A stretch of 64,000 bases of DNA from Microcoleus sp. (GTDB taxonomy: Bacteria > Cyanobacteriota > Cyanobacteriia > Cyanobacteriales > Microcoleaceae). Position numbers and translations under genes: made by a program. The notes under the pieces were generated by a model. It did no database searches. It saw nothing but the letters and a program-made list of their open reading frames with translations, and was not told where the DNA came from. Shown here in pieces: positions 44,215-55,293 of this stretch. Each line of letters opens with the position of its first letter. Position 1 is the stretch's first letter. The stretch spans positions 4,736,001 through 4,800,000 of the forward strand of contig CP181291.1 of the NCBI GenBank assembly GCA_052279835.1. Direction: 5' to 3'.

Positions 44215-44312
44215 ATGTGGCATTGGAACCCGTAAAAAACGGTGTTTATTTTGGGTTCTAGTTCTAGATGTGAATAGGTAGGAAACCCTCGTGCTAATGA
44301 CTGAATATGGTT

Positions 44313-44367
44313 ATTCCCAATTCCCGATTCCCAATTCCCAATTCCCAATTCCCGATTCCCGATTCCC
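44313..44367. repeat. Heptamer short tandem repeat (STRR-like)
   Basis: ATTCCC(A/G) repeated about 8 times. Confidence 0.85.
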
Positions 44368-44369
44368 TA

Positions 44370-44885
44370 ATGACTCGTTTAGCAACTACCATAGAAGCCA
44401 TACTTTACCTCAAAGGTCAGCCCGTATCGATCGCAGAGATTGCGGAAATTGCCAAGTGCGATCGCACCGATGTCGAAGATGCCATCATCGAACTGATGTC
44501 GGACTCTGCTCACCGCGACAGTGCCTTAGAAGTCGTGGAAACCCCTACAGGATACAGCCTGCAACTGAGAGAAGAGTTTGCCAGTTTAATGCAAACTTTG
44601 ATACCTCCAGAATTAGGTATTGGAGCTTTGCGGACACTAGCGGCGATCGCCCTCAAAGGTGGCATCGCTCAGCCAGACTTAGTTAATTTAAGAGGTTCAG
44701 GTGCTTACCAACAAGTGCAAGAACTTGTCGAACTCGGTTTTGTCCGCAAACGACGACCAAGCGAAAGCCGCTCGTATTGGCTACAAGTTACCGACAAATT
44801 TCATCGGTATTTTCAAGTAGATCAACTGCCCAAACAACTACAAATTGACTTTCAGGCAAATTTGTACCCAAGCAATGACGAGTAG
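44370..44885 (+). CDS. scpB: SMC-Scp complex subunit ScpB
   Basis: IEAILY..P, ALRTLAAIA..I.Q..L..LRG, T.KF..YF. Confidence 0.92.
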   Translation: MTRLATTIEAILYLKGQPVSIAEIAEIAKCDRTDVEDAIIELMSDSAHRDSALEVVETPTGYSLQLREEFASLMQTLIPPELGIGALRTLAAIALKGGIAQPDLVNLRGSGAYQQVQELVELGFVRKRRPSESRSYWLQVTDKFHRYFQVDQLPKQLQIDFQANLYPSNDE

Positions 44886-44927
44886 TTTAAACTAGAATGT
44901 AACAAGCCAGAAATTAAGAATCGCCAA

Positions 44928-45275
44928 ATGGTTTTTCACCCTGACTTTGACAGTTCCAATGCCAAACAAGCCACAGACAATCCACTTTTGAAGTACCTCC
45001 AACACCAATCCCCAGAGGTTTTAGATCGCGTTGCCAAGTCCGTCAGCCCAGAGATCAAAGAGATTATCTCTCACAACGTTCAAGGACTTGTAGGCATCTT
45101 GCCTTCAGACAATTTTAGCGTGCAAATTACTACCGACCGAGAAAACTTAGCGGGTTTGCTGGCTTCAGCGATGATGACTGGCTATTTTCTCCGACAAATG
45201 GAGCAAAGGATGCAGTTAGAAGAAAATTTGGCAAGCACCAGCTCGATTAAACCAAAATCTGCCGACGGCAAATAA
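44928..45275 (+). CDS. DUF760 family protein
   Basis: NPLLKYLQ...ENLAGLLASAMMTGYFLR. Confidence 0.9.
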   Translation: MVFHPDFDSSNAKQATDNPLLKYLQHQSPEVLDRVAKSVSPEIKEIISHNVQGLVGILPSDNFSVQITTDRENLAGLLASAMMTGYFLRQMEQRMQLEENLASTSSIKPKSADGK

Positions 45276-45397
45276 AAATTTGAACTGTTTGGGAAAGATG
45301 TTTGGAAAAGACAGGCTCAAAAATGGGTCGAGGGCGCGAGGGTATGAAAGTCATTCAAACCAAACCAAGAATCAAATTCATCCTCGCTCCCCTGCGA

Positions 45398-46615
45398 CTA
45401 GCCACCGGCCGAGTTGCCTGAAATGGGAAAAGCACCAGGACGCACTTTAACTTTCTGAGTTTGACCCTGACGGTTGATTTCCATTTCCAGTTCTTTGCCT
45501 ACAGCAGTATTTTCCACCCTTTCTTGTACGTCCCCTGGATTATCAACCGCAATGCCATCAATTTTGGCAATCACGTCTCCGGGACGCAAGCCAGCTTTTT
45601 GAGCGGGGGAATTTTCCACAATGCGGGTCACGGCTACTCCTTTATCGAGGGAAATCTTAGCATTGAGCTGTTTGTTGACTTCTGCCTGTGTGGCGGGAGT
45701 CAAGCTGACCATTTGAATGCCGAGATAGGGATGTTCCGCTTTACCTTTGGCGAATAGCTGATCGGAAACTCGTTTGGCAGTTTCGATGGGAATGGCAAAG
45801 CCCAAGCCCTGAGCATCGGCACGAATGGCAGTGTTGATGCCGATGACCTCACCTTGGTCGTTGAGTAGTGGGCCGCCAGAATTGCCGGGGTTGATGGCGG
45901 CGTCGGTTTGGATAAATCGGACTCGTTTGTCGGGGATGCCTACTTGGGAGCTCGATCGACCTGTAGCGCTGATAATACCGACAGTCACTGTATTGTCAAG
46001 ACCCAAAGGATTGCCAATGGCGATCGCCCATTGTCCGGGTACGATATTATCCGATCGACCCAAAGCCACTAGAGGCAAGTTTGAAGCATTAATTTTCACC
46101 ACAGCCACATCCGTCAGTAAATCGACCCCCTGGACTCTACCCTCAAACTCTCGGCCGTCTTTGAGGGTCACTTTCACAATCTCACTGCCGGAAACAACAT
46201 GAGCATTAGTAACTATCCGGCCATCAGAAGTGAGAATAAACCCCGAACCTGTACCCCGTTTAATTTTTTCTTCCGGTACTGGCAAATTCTCGCCAAAAAA
46301 CCTGCGAAACAAAGGATTTTTGAAAGCTTCCGGCACTTGATTGACGACTTTGCTTGAGGCGTCAATTCTGACGACAGCCGGGCCGACTTTTTGGGCGGCT
46401 TCTGCAATAAAATTAGAATTGTCGCGATCGGGCTGTCGATCGGATGGGACGGGAACAGACGCATAAGGCGGGATTTGTTGGCGTACCACGGGCAAAACCG
46501 AGCCAGTTTCCAAGGCGTTTGGACTTTGGAGATAGCGATTTCCCAACCATCCCATACCTCCACCGATGGACAGCAACGTCAGATAAAGGGTCAATTGCTT
46601 AAAAGATAAACTCAT
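45398..46615 (-). CDS. HhoA/HhoB/HtrA-family serine protease with PDZ domain
   Basis: GTGSGF, TNAHV, DVAV, DAAINPGNSGGPL and C-terminal PDZ. Confidence 0.96.
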   Translation of the reverse strand: MSLSFKQLTLYLTLLSIGGGMGWLGNRYLQSPNALETGSVLPVVRQQIPPYASVPVPSDRQPDRDNSNFIAEAAQKVGPAVVRIDASSKVVNQVPEAFKNPLFRRFFGENLPVPEEKIKRGTGSGFILTSDGRIVTNAHVVSGSEIVKVTLKDGREFEGRVQGVDLLTDVAVVKINASNLPLVALGRSDNIVPGQWAIAIGNPLGLDNTVTVGIISATGRSSSQVGIPDKRVRFIQTDAAINPGNSGGPLLNDQGEVIGINTAIRADAQGLGFAIPIETAKRVSDQLFAKGKAEHPYLGIQMVSLTPATQAEVNKQLNAKISLDKGVAVTRIVENSPAQKAGLRPGDVIAKIDGIAVDNPGDVQERVENTAVGKELEMEINRQGQTQKVKVRPGAFPISGNSAGG

Positions 46616-46982
46616 AAGAAGCTCCTGATAGGTTTGGAAACTCAGTCACCAACAGTGCTGAGCTAGTTATTTAACAACTCCCGTGGGATACCCAGAGGCT
46701 TTATAATACCTAGCCAAAACTTGCCCAGTCTATATTTAGCTGGACATTCGTAATTCTGGTGTTTATTTCTTGTTTTATCCTAGCGTTAAACCGCAAACTT
46801 GTATTTCTCGGTACTAGCTCTCAGTTCTGGAAGCAGTTTCAGGAATTGAAGGGCGATCGCCTTTGTATCCAACTTAGGCAAATTGTAGTCAATTTCTAGT
46901 CAACTAGACCCATTGATAGTCCCAATTCCGAGCAATAAAAAACCTCAAACCGTTCATTTGTAGTTGGTTTGAGGTTTTTATA

Positions 46983-47123
46983 GAACGGATTCTGGAACTA
47001 CAGGCCAAGGGCTATGGCAAGGCAAAAATCATCCTTGAGATTTGGGGCGTAACCAAGGGCGGTAGTCCCAAGTACAAGGCTGCTGAGGCTGAGTATAATC
47101 GCTTGAAGTGTGAGGATAGATAG
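46983..47123 (+). pseudogene. C-terminal fragment homologous to the element gene at 54354-54923
   Basis: ERILELQAKGYGKAKIILEIWGVTKGGSPKYKAAEAEYNRL versus ERVLQLKAKGWGKAKIIFEIWGISKGGSAKYKAAEAEYKRL. Confidence 0.85.
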
Positions 47124-47232
47124 GTTGCAGCGGGAGAGAAGCAAATAAACAGTGATTGTTTTCGGAAACCCGTAGGGTTTTCAACGCTTGTTTACTGCTT
47201 CTTTTCTGTGCTGTCAGAGTGTTATCAAAATC

Positions 47233-48280
47233 AGAGTTCTTAACAAGTATTTTGCATCTTTCCATCCAACTATTTGACCGTTCAATCACCCACCTTGCCC
47301 TAACCGGAACAAATCCCGATTTCCCCGCGGCTTCTTTTTGTAGTTTTGATGGTTTTTTTGAGATTTCAAACTTAATTTTGGTCAGAATCTGTGGATAAAT
47401 CTTCTTTAACTCAATAGTCAGACGTTCAGGGTGATAACCGTGGTCTAGCAATATTGTGATTTTGGGAATATTGACGGGTTTAGACTTGAAATAATCGATG
47501 TTTTTACTCAACATTTCAATCAAACCCGCATCATCTGATACATTGGCTTTTGTACAATGAGTAAAGAAGGGAAACCCAAGCGTATCAACGGCTAGATGCC
47601 TTTTAATACCATTCGTCGATTTGTATAAACAAAATCCTTTCGATGCAATACTGGCATTACAGGTGTTTTTCACGGCTTGTGAGTCGATAATTATCAACGC
47701 AGTCCACTTCGGTTTTTTTTGACTTGTTCGCGTACTTGAGAATGTAAGACTTTCATCAATTCTTCAAGCACTACTTCTGAGCGCCATTGCTTGTAATACC
47801 AATATACAGTTGAGTAGGGTGGTAAGTCTTTAGGTAAGTCTTCCCAATTACACCCATTCTTAAGTTGATAGAAGATACCATCTAAGATTTCTCTTTTAGT
47901 CCAGCTAGGAGGTCGAGTTGGCTTTTTAACGGGTAATATTTGATGTAGTAGAGGCTCGAGAATTTCCCATTCGGAGTCCGTTAGGTTACTAGAATACGGC
48001 ATGATGGCTTTCGGGTCTTTTTCTGGTAATTTTACCTCAAAACTTGATGGGGGACAACCAACTCGAAAACCAATCGAGCGCGATCTTTTAAACCGAACCA
48101 CCTCAAAAAAAGAGCTTTTATGGGCGATCGCCTGCTGTGAAGCCGATCGACTGCTGTGAGCCGATCGACTGCTGTGAGCTGATCGACTGCTGTGAGCCGA
48201 TCGACTGCTGTGAGCCGATCGACTGCTGTGAGCCGATCGACTGCTGCGGGCGATCGTTAAAAGATCTCAAATGGGTTCTA
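47233..48280 (-). mobile_element. IS5-family element, two-ORF transposase truncated at its 3' end
   Basis: MPYSSNLTDSEWE..W.DLP.DLPPYSTVY, A8 run at ~47713-47720, IIDSQAVK..GIKRHLAVD..LDHGY..RWVIERSNSW. Confidence 0.88.
48123..48256. repeat. Tandem array of 18-bp GCTGTGAGCCGATCGACT units in the IS5 leader
   Basis: Six full units plus partial flanks. Confidence 0.9.
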
Positions 48281-48282
48281 TA

Positions 48283-48826
48283 TTAGTGGCGATCGACCAC
48301 ACTGCATGGGGGAGACCATTCGCCAAAACCTTAAAAGACAGAACCCATGAATATCAGGGGGGCGTAATTATAGGACAGGGGTACAGTACAATTGCCTGGA
48401 TACCTGAAGCTCATGGAAGTTGGGCATTACCCCTGCTCCATGAACGAATTAGTAGTGAGTCTTCACCGATACTTCAAGCAGCTTCCCAACTCAAACTTGT
48501 CTGTGAACAGAGCGTCAACCCAGTTTTAGCAGTTTTAGACCGACAATATGGCAATGCAACCTGGGTATTAGCACAAGCAGATATTCAAGCTGATTGCTTA
48601 ATGAGAGTCCGAAAGAATGCCTGCTTATGGTCAGCACCACCAGCCTATAGTGGTCGCGGTAGACCACGAAAACACGGGTCTAAAATGAGACTCAATGACC
48701 CAACCACATGGCTTCAAGCTGATACTGCGATCGAAATTGACGAACATCCAGAGTTGGGACAAGTCCGAGTCAGACAATGGCTTGACTTACATTTTTATCG
48801 TGCCCCTGCGCAGAAAGTCAATTTAA
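48283..48826 (+). pseudogene. Internal fragment of an IS701-like/DDE transposase
   Basis: AIDHTAW.RP.A.TL.DR, SWALPL.HERI, DRQYG and GRGRPRKHG; truncated on both sides by other ISs. Confidence 0.8.
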
Positions 48827-50766
48827 CCCACATTCCGCACCCCCAACTGGCACATACGCGGATTGAGGGGATAAAAGTGAATCATCCGAGACCAAGCGTG
48901 AGTAAAAATACTCAATAATTTCGGTCACGCGAGCGTTAAGAATTCCTGACAAGAGACGTGAGGGCGTGAGTCCTATCTGATGTAAGTTAAAATTGCGATC
49001 CTCTGCGAGGGCTGCGCTAACGGTAAAAACCAAGTTTATGACCTCACTGTTACCCGATCGCAGCCACGAAAAAGCGTTAATTGCGATCGCTCTTCCGTAA
49101 CCAATCATCACCAAAAATAGTGTAAACTAGCGATCGCGATCGACGCTCAAATCAGGATCGAGCAGCCCATGCAGAAAGCATCTGAGATGACAGTAGAAAA
49201 CCTAGACCATCTGGGTCTAGTAGCCGGCCTAATTGATGAAATAGGAATTGTCCAAAAAATCAATGAATTAGTCGGCGAACAACCGGGCGAAATAGTCAGT
49301 CCCGGCCTGGTAGTCAAAGCCATGATTATCAATGGATTAGGGATGGTTTCCGCCCCACTCTACTCCCATCTCTAAATTTTTTGAAGGGAAAGCAATAGAA
49401 CATTTACTTGGATCAGGGATTCAAGCATCGCATCTCAATGATGACCGTTTAGGCAGAGTATTAGATAAATTATATTTGTCAGGAATTACGGAAATATTCA
49501 CAACCATTGCCCTGGAAGCCGCTCAAAAATTCGAGATAAATATGGTTAACTCGTGTACCGCTGAGCCTCAAACAAGCGCAGCAACTGGTATCTCAGCTAA
49601 ATGAATCAGAATTTCATCAAAGTTCAGTGACCGGATATCGTTGGTCAGAACACAAAAGTAATTATGGTGGAATTGAACAAAGATGGTTAGTAGTAGAGAG
49701 CAGTTTACGTCGTGATGCTGACCAACGTAAATTATCAAAAAACCTGAAAAAAGCTGAAATTGAGGGTCAGAAAAAGTTGCGAGAGTTATCAAATATTGAA
49801 TTTGCTTGTTCAGCCGATGCCTCGGCAGCAGCAAATCGTTTATCCAAACAACTAAAATATCATAATTTAACCCAAATTACCAGCAGACAAACTACAGTAA
49901 AACCCGCTACTAATTCGACAATTTCTCATGACAACTCTAGCTCTAGCTTGATATTTAAAGTTGAAGCAAAACTGGAATTAGATGCTAGCGTGATAGCTTG
50001 CATAACCAAAGCTAGTGGCAGATTTATCTTAGCTACTAATGTACTGGATGTATCACAATTAAATCCTGATGAAATGATTGTCAAATATAAGGAACAGCAG
50101 TCGGCAGAGAGAGGGTTTGGGTTCCTGAAAGACCCCCTATTTTTTACGGATAGCGTGTTTCTCAAGTCGCCGGAAAGAATCGAGGCTTTAACTTTGGTAA
50201 TGGGTTTATGTTTGTTGGTTTATACTTTAGGTCAAAGGTTACTCCGGCAAAACTTGCAACTCACTAATAAAACCGTAAAAAATCAATTTGGCAAGATCAC
50301 AAATCGACCTACTTTGCGCTGGATATTCCAAAGTTTTCAATCGATTCATGCCGTTTGTATTCAAGGGATTCAACAAGTTTCTAATTTGACATCTGAACGG
50401 TTGGCTATATTAAATTTGTTTCCAGTCACCTGTCGGTCTTATCATTTTTTGTTGTGAAATGAAATAAATTATGGATTGATAAAACTGACTTACATTTAAA
50501 TAATTGTAGGTGCAGCAGTGATGTATAATTGTCATAATGCTGGCGATATATGCTGGAAATTAATAGTTAGTAATGGTCTGATTTTTGACGTTTTATGGGT
50601 GAAGAAGATTTAATTCATGCCCTCACGTTAATTTTGAGGAATTCCTAACGCTCGTGATGCGATCGTTGCACAGATTTTTGGGTGTTTTTACTCACGCTTG
50701 GTCTCGGATGATTCACTTTTACCCCCTCAATCCGCGTATGTGCCAGTTGGGGGTGCGGAATGTGGG
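48827..50766 (+). mobile_element. IS1634-family element, defective (frameshift plus internal deletion)
   Basis: ~80-bp inverted repeats starting CCCACATTCCGCACCCCCAACTGG; ENLDHLGLVAG, GRFILATN, YKEQ..ERGFGFLK and KSPERIEAL. Confidence 0.88.
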
Positions 50767-50770
50767 ATTA

Positions 50771-51046
50771 AAAGCGGCCAACAGGCAACTTGCAGAATGG
50801 GACAAAGAGCTCAATCAGTTACACGAGCGCAACGGCGACTTGGGCTTGAAGGTTCAGATGTTGGAGGAAGAGCTTGAGAGGATGACGAGCGATCGGGGAG
50901 AAAATAGAAATTCGGTTCCGACCGTCGCAGAATTCCCAGAGCCGGCCGAACTGCTTAACCAGTTAAAAGCGCGACGCAAAAAGTCTAAGGCGGACTTGGC
51001 TGATATCGACGCTATTCTGGGGTTTATAGTCGCCTATAACGACTGA
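50771..51046 (+). pseudogene. C-terminal fragment homologous to 60636-61022
   Basis: EFPEPAELLNQLKARRKKSKADLADI versus EFPEPADLFNQLKGRRKKSRTDLADI. Confidence 0.82.
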
Positions 51047-51224
51047 AAGCCAGTTTAGATATGGGTTGTATTCAATTTGTATTCAAACGAGGCAATTTGT
51101 ATTCAATTTCTAGTCAAATCGTAGTCAATTTCTAGTCAGCTAGACCCCTTGATAGTCCCAAAAATCAGCAAAGAAAAACCTCAAACCGTTGATTTATCGT
51201 GGGTTTGAGGTTTTTCTAGGCATA

Positions 51225-51267
51225 AGCGGGCAGCGGGAATCGAACCCGCATAGTTAGCTTGGAAGGC
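51225..51267 (-). repeat. att site: 43-bp duplication of the tRNA-Gly 3' part
   Basis: AGCGGGCAGCGGGAATCGAACCCGCATAGTTAGCTTGGAAGGC is identical to 61259-61301. Confidence 0.95.
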
Positions 51268-51402
51268 GCTAGGAGAGAATTACTCAATCCTTTACACAGT
51301 ATCGATTATTAATATTTTGGTTTTCCATACAGGCAGAATGATACTCACTTGATACTCAGTTTGGTAAAATTGGTAGGTCAATTTCAAGTGAGGAATGTGC
51401 TC

Positions 51403-52647
51403 ATGACTGAGAAATCTGGGTCACGTAGCAGAGCTTCTTATGGTTCTGTCGTGGTGCAAAACTTTAGAGGGAGGTTGCGACTGCGATTGCCGAGGCATCT
51501 CTACGAGGGGGAGCAAAAATACTTATCCTTGGGGATGTCGGACACTCCCGAAAACTGGGAACTGGCAGAAGCTAAAGCACAGTTGATTGAATCTGATATC
51601 AAGTTTGAACGGTTTGACCCCACACTCAAAAAGTACAAGTCACAGACTCACCTGACTGTGATTGAGACTATCAAGCCTAGACCGGAACTGACGCTTACTC
51701 AGTTGTTCTCTAGGTATTTGGAATTTAAGAAGCCCGCGCTCAAGGCAACAACCTTCAATTACTTGGTGACGGGTATTCAAAGCTATGTTGACCGTTGCCC
51801 TCACCAGCCTTTGTCTGAGGACGGTGCTTTGCAGGTACGCGCGTGGTTGTTGGAGGACACTACCAACAGCATGACTAAGAGGATTTTGACTCACCTAAAT
51901 GCAGCGGTGAAGTGGGGGATTAAGTTCAAGATTGTCAAGGGATTAACCGTATCGCCATTTGAAGGGATGGCGACTGAATTGCCTAAGCACAACTGGGAAA
52001 GTGACCCTGAACCTAATGCTTTTACAGCCCAAGAAAAAGAGCTTGTACTGGAAGCTTTTAGGAATCACAGAGGGACTTGGAACGGTAGGGGTGAAACTGG
52101 ACAAAAGTTTTGTTTTTATTACCCTATGGTGCAATTCTGGCTGCTGACTGGATGCCGTCCATCCGAGGCTGTTGGACTGAGGTGGTGTGACATAGCTAGT
52201 GACTTTTCTCACATTGTTTTCAATGGGAGCGTTCAGCATCCAGGCGCTAAGGAGACTAGGGTTGAGGGTAGTAAGAATAATAAACGTCGTAAGTTTCCTT
52301 GCAATCAAGAACTGATTGATTTGTTGAAAAGTATCAAACCGAAAAGTCTGACTGATAAAGAGAAACTGGTTTTTCCATCACCTATTAAGGGCGGGGCGAT
52401 TAATTACAACAATTTCACTAAACAGGTGTGGCATAAGTTGGTTGACCCGATTACCGAAAACAGTCGGAAACACCAACAGGATTGTCAGACAACTACTCCC
52501 TATTCTTGCCGGGATACTTTTATCAGTGAACAGGTTGGCAAGGGTGTACCGAGTGCGGTTGTGGCTAAGTGGTGTGATACGTCGGAAAGGGTGATTAATT
52601 CTGTGTATTTAGATGGCAAGATTTTGGAGCATTTACGTCCGCTCTGA
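51403..52647 (+). CDS. Tyrosine recombinase/integrase with an N-terminal arm-binding domain
   Basis: GRLRLRL..KYLSLG..DTPEN, TGCRPSEA.GL.W.D, PYSCR.TF and a C-terminal Tyr. Confidence 0.93.
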   Translation: MTEKSGSRSRASYGSVVVQNFRGRLRLRLPRHLYEGEQKYLSLGMSDTPENWELAEAKAQLIESDIKFERFDPTLKKYKSQTHLTVIETIKPRPELTLTQLFSRYLEFKKPALKATTFNYLVTGIQSYVDRCPHQPLSEDGALQVRAWLLEDTTNSMTKRILTHLNAAVKWGIKFKIVKGLTVSPFEGMATELPKHNWESDPEPNAFTAQEKELVLEAFRNHRGTWNGRGETGQKFCFYYPMVQFWLLTGCRPSEAVGLRWCDIASDFSHIVFNGSVQHPGAKETRVEGSKNNKRRKFPCNQELIDLLKSIKPKSLTDKEKLVFPSPIKGGAINYNNFTKQVWHKLVDPITENSRKHQQDCQTTTPYSCRDTFISEQVGKGVPSAVVAKWCDTSERVINSVYLDGKILEHLRPL

Positions 52648-52844
52648 TGCTGTTAGGATGTTGATTCTAGGGGCAACTTTTGCGAAACAAAACTTTACAG
52701 TCCCTCTGTTGACAAGGGGCTGCGAACCTGTAATCGTGAGTAACTAAGGAAGATTTGATATGCGCGGTTAACCCGGTGTTGGCACACCAGATTAACTACG
52801 ACTTCCCCAAACCGTTAATTCCCAACGTTTGGAGCCGATAAATT

Positions 52845-53228
52845 ATGACATTTTTAGACGATTGTCTTTGCGGACGATCGCAACACTTAACGTTTCCGCG
52901 TCGTGAACTATTACAAAAAGCAGCGTCGTACGCTTTGCTGCTTTTTGCGTCGCGTCCTAAATCAGTTGTCAAGTTGCCCACAAAATACCCCGCACCGGAT
53001 TTTGCGATCGGCGATAAAGTTGCCAGTTACTGGCCCGCTGATACTTACGATGACGACGGTAATGTGCCTGGGCCAGAAATCGGTGAAGTAACTGGGATTT
53101 GCTGGCATCCTACAAGCCATCAGTGGAAGTACCAAATTAACTGGACTAGCGGTGCTTGCGAAGCTTGGGCATATCCGAATTTTGAGGAATTATTGTCTGA
53201 TGCCAGCGACTTAGAGAGGTTGGCATGA
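52845..53228 (+). CDS. Hypothetical protein (SH3-like C-terminus, possibly DUF1392-like)
   Basis: P.P.FAIGDKV...G.VTGI.W....W.Y.I. Confidence 0.6.
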   Translation: MTFLDDCLCGRSQHLTFPRRELLQKAASYALLLFASRPKSVVKLPTKYPAPDFAIGDKVASYWPADTYDDDGNVPGPEIGEVTGICWHPTSHQWKYQINWTSGACEAWAYPNFEELLSDASDLERLA

Positions 53229-53593
53229 CTAACCCCATTGTCAACCGCCGTCGCATTGATGGCCTCAAAGACATTGCCTACGCTTGCAACCTCACAAATG
53301 AACAAGCCCGAATCTTTGGAAAACTTTCCAAAACCTCAACTTGGGAAGCACTCTTAAAATCCCACAACCTAGAGTACGAAACAAAATCTGAGATATCACA
53401 CAACATAGTAGCGACTGCTTCCCAGGAAAATTCCCATCAGATTAACTTCTTTGAATGGGTAGATTTTGGGCAACTCATCACACTCACTCTTGCAGGTGTG
53501 GGACTGTTTGCGCTGCTGTTAAGCCTGTGGCCTCGCACCCTGAATTTCATACCCCATCCAGTCAAAATCACCATTCAAATAGGAGCAAAGTAA
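53225..53593 (+). CDS. Hypothetical membrane protein
   Basis: ATGA coupling with the upstream gene and a C-terminal TM segment. Confidence 0.7.
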   Translation: MTNPIVNRRRIDGLKDIAYACNLTNEQARIFGKLSKTSTWEALLKSHNLEYETKSEISHNIVATASQENSHQINFFEWVDFGQLITLTLAGVGLFALLLSLWPRTLNFIPHPVKITIQIGAK

Positions 53594-54100
53594 ATGGGAC
53601 GCATGAACAAGATTTTCAAGAACGAAACATCTACTGATGGCGGTTTAGTACACGGAGGTCACGGGATAGACAAATCTGTAGTCATGGCTGCTACCAGTGC
53701 CGATGCCATCAGCCCTTTGAATCCCGGTAAATTCACCGCAGCCGACCGCAGTGTCCCCATCATCGAAAAACCCCGCTACTTCACAGAAGAAGAAGCCGAT
53801 GCGATGAAGACGCTGGCAAAAGAAAAGACTGAAGGTGCACGTCAAGCCAAACGAGCCTATGAAGCTGCGGGCAAAATCGAAGAAGCCGATGCCAAAGTCC
53901 ACAAACACCACCGCAAATATGAGGGCGTGGTTGCCGATAACGAACTCGTAAAAAAGCGCGCTGATGCCCGACTTGGCAAACACCTTCACGGATTACGCCC
54001 CGCCTACGCCCGACTAGGTATGAGTCTTGACCAAGCTGCGAGTAATGCCGATACCCGTATTGGCGCAATCAAAGCGAAATTATTAGGAGCAAAACAATGA
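53594..54100 (+). CDS. Hypothetical coiled-coil protein
   Basis: AGGAG RBS, abuts both neighbours. Confidence 0.75.
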   Translation: MGRMNKIFKNETSTDGGLVHGGHGIDKSVVMAATSADAISPLNPGKFTAADRSVPIIEKPRYFTEEEADAMKTLAKEKTEGARQAKRAYEAAGKIEEADAKVHKHHRKYEGVVADNELVKKRADARLGKHLHGLRPAYARLGMSLDQAASNADTRIGAIKAKLLGAKQ

Positions 54101-54366
54101 CAAAGGCGATCGCAATGCTCAACGATTTTTTGATGCTTGCGATTGCCTCCAGCTTTCTGTGCTGGGTGGCATCGCTACATCCACAAGCTCTAGCTCTAGT
54201 CCGAGCCGTGTACGTGGTTTTTGCCTTACTCTGGATGCTGAGTTGGATGCTTGATGACTGGTTGGTCATGAGACTACGAATCAACATCCTTACCTTGCAG
54301 GGGGTATTAGTCTTAGGCTTAGCTGCATCTGTAGTTGGTTTGGGGGTGATGCTATGTCGGTCATAA
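54097..54366 (+). CDS. Small multi-pass membrane protein
   Basis: AGGAG RBS, ATGA coupling, about three hydrophobic segments. Confidence 0.7.
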   Translation: MTKAIAMLNDFLMLAIASSFLCWVASLHPQALALVRAVYVVFALLWMLSWMLDDWLVMRLRINILTLQGVLVLGLAASVVGLGVMLCRS

Positions 54367-54923
54367 AGATTTCAGCCCTAACTTGCTCAGGCTTCATTCT
54401 CTGGCTAGCACCACCGTTCATCCTCAGCCGTAAAATCCCGTTGCACAACATGACCACAGGATTAGCTTTGATAGGTGGTTTCGCTTGCTGCTTTGAAGCC
54501 CGCAGAGTTGCCATCAAGCTCAGTCAGGCTGAAGACTTTGAAGCGATGAAGGAAGCCGTCATTGTGGCTGATACTGTGGACGAATTAGCAACATCTGCTT
54601 ACATCTCTGAACAGCAACGACGGATGGAGGCTGAATCTATCCTCAATGTGGGTTCGGAGGCTGTCGAACATCTCGAACGCGCTCTAGCATTGACTTGTGA
54701 AGATGAGTCAGAGTGTGAACGTTCTGAGGGCAAAGAATCAAATCAGCTAGCTAAAATTGACTCTGAACGTTCAGAGAACGACAAGGCTGAACGGGTACTT
54801 CAACTCAAAGCTAAGGGATGGGGCAAAGCTAAAATCATCTTTGAAATATGGGGCATATCCAAAGGTGGCAGCGCAAAATACAAGGCTGCTGAGGCTGAGT
54901 ATAAGCGCCTGGTCGGGGAATGA
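54354..54923 (+). CDS. Membrane-anchored protein with a C-terminal HTH-like motif
   Basis: Two N-terminal TM segments; C-terminus conserved in the relic at 46983. Confidence 0.8.
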   Translation: MSVIKISALTCSGFILWLAPPFILSRKIPLHNMTTGLALIGGFACCFEARRVAIKLSQAEDFEAMKEAVIVADTVDELATSAYISEQQRRMEAESILNVGSEAVEHLERALALTCEDESECERSEGKESNQLAKIDSERSENDKAERVLQLKAKGWGKAKIIFEIWGISKGGSAKYKAAEAEYKRLVGE

Positions 54924-55079
54924 AAACCGAGCGATTTTCACTCAAAAACCCACTTTCCTGAAACCCTATCTCTGTCTACGTTTCCCGCGAAAAACTCACT
55001 CGTCGATACTAAGTATCGACGACGTTCAGCCCGCTTAGTCAAAATCAGTGTTCAAAACGCACTATTCATTAGGAAAATT

Positions 55080-55289
55080 ATGCCCACAGGAAAACCAAAA
55101 GTCGGAGTGGTATATCGCATTGCAGGCGCAGCCGTAAACCCACCCGTGTGTATACCCGCTAAAACTTATGAGAAGAAATACTTTGTCTCACTCTTTCAAA
55201 TCAAACGATTGCTGGCAAAGAATCTGTTATGTGGAGTGAGGTACAAGCGACGGCTATTTGTCGAAGACGTACCACCACCACTAAAATAA
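55080..55289 (+). CDS. Small basic protein (excisionase-like candidate)
   Basis: AGGA RBS, 69 aa, basic, VSLFQIKRLL....L.GVRY.RR.FV. Confidence 0.55.
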   Translation: MPTGKPKVGVVYRIAGAAVNPPVCIPAKTYEKKYFVSLFQIKRLLAKNLLCGVRYKRRLFVEDVPPPLK

Positions 55290-55293
55290 AACG

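Larger units (their letters stand above)
46861..51224. mobile_element. Decayed relics of earlier tRNA-Gly integrative elements, invaded by three IS fragments
   Basis: Terminal segment repeated at 46861-46980 and 51066-51216; gene fragments homologous to 54354-54923 and 60636-61022. Confidence 0.8.

Noticed and set aside
45461..46609. Alternative ORFs overlapping htrA
   Set aside because: Shadow frames of a clear protease gene
51225..51267. Second tRNA-Gly gene
   Set aside because: Only the 3' 43 nt are present, so it is an att duplication
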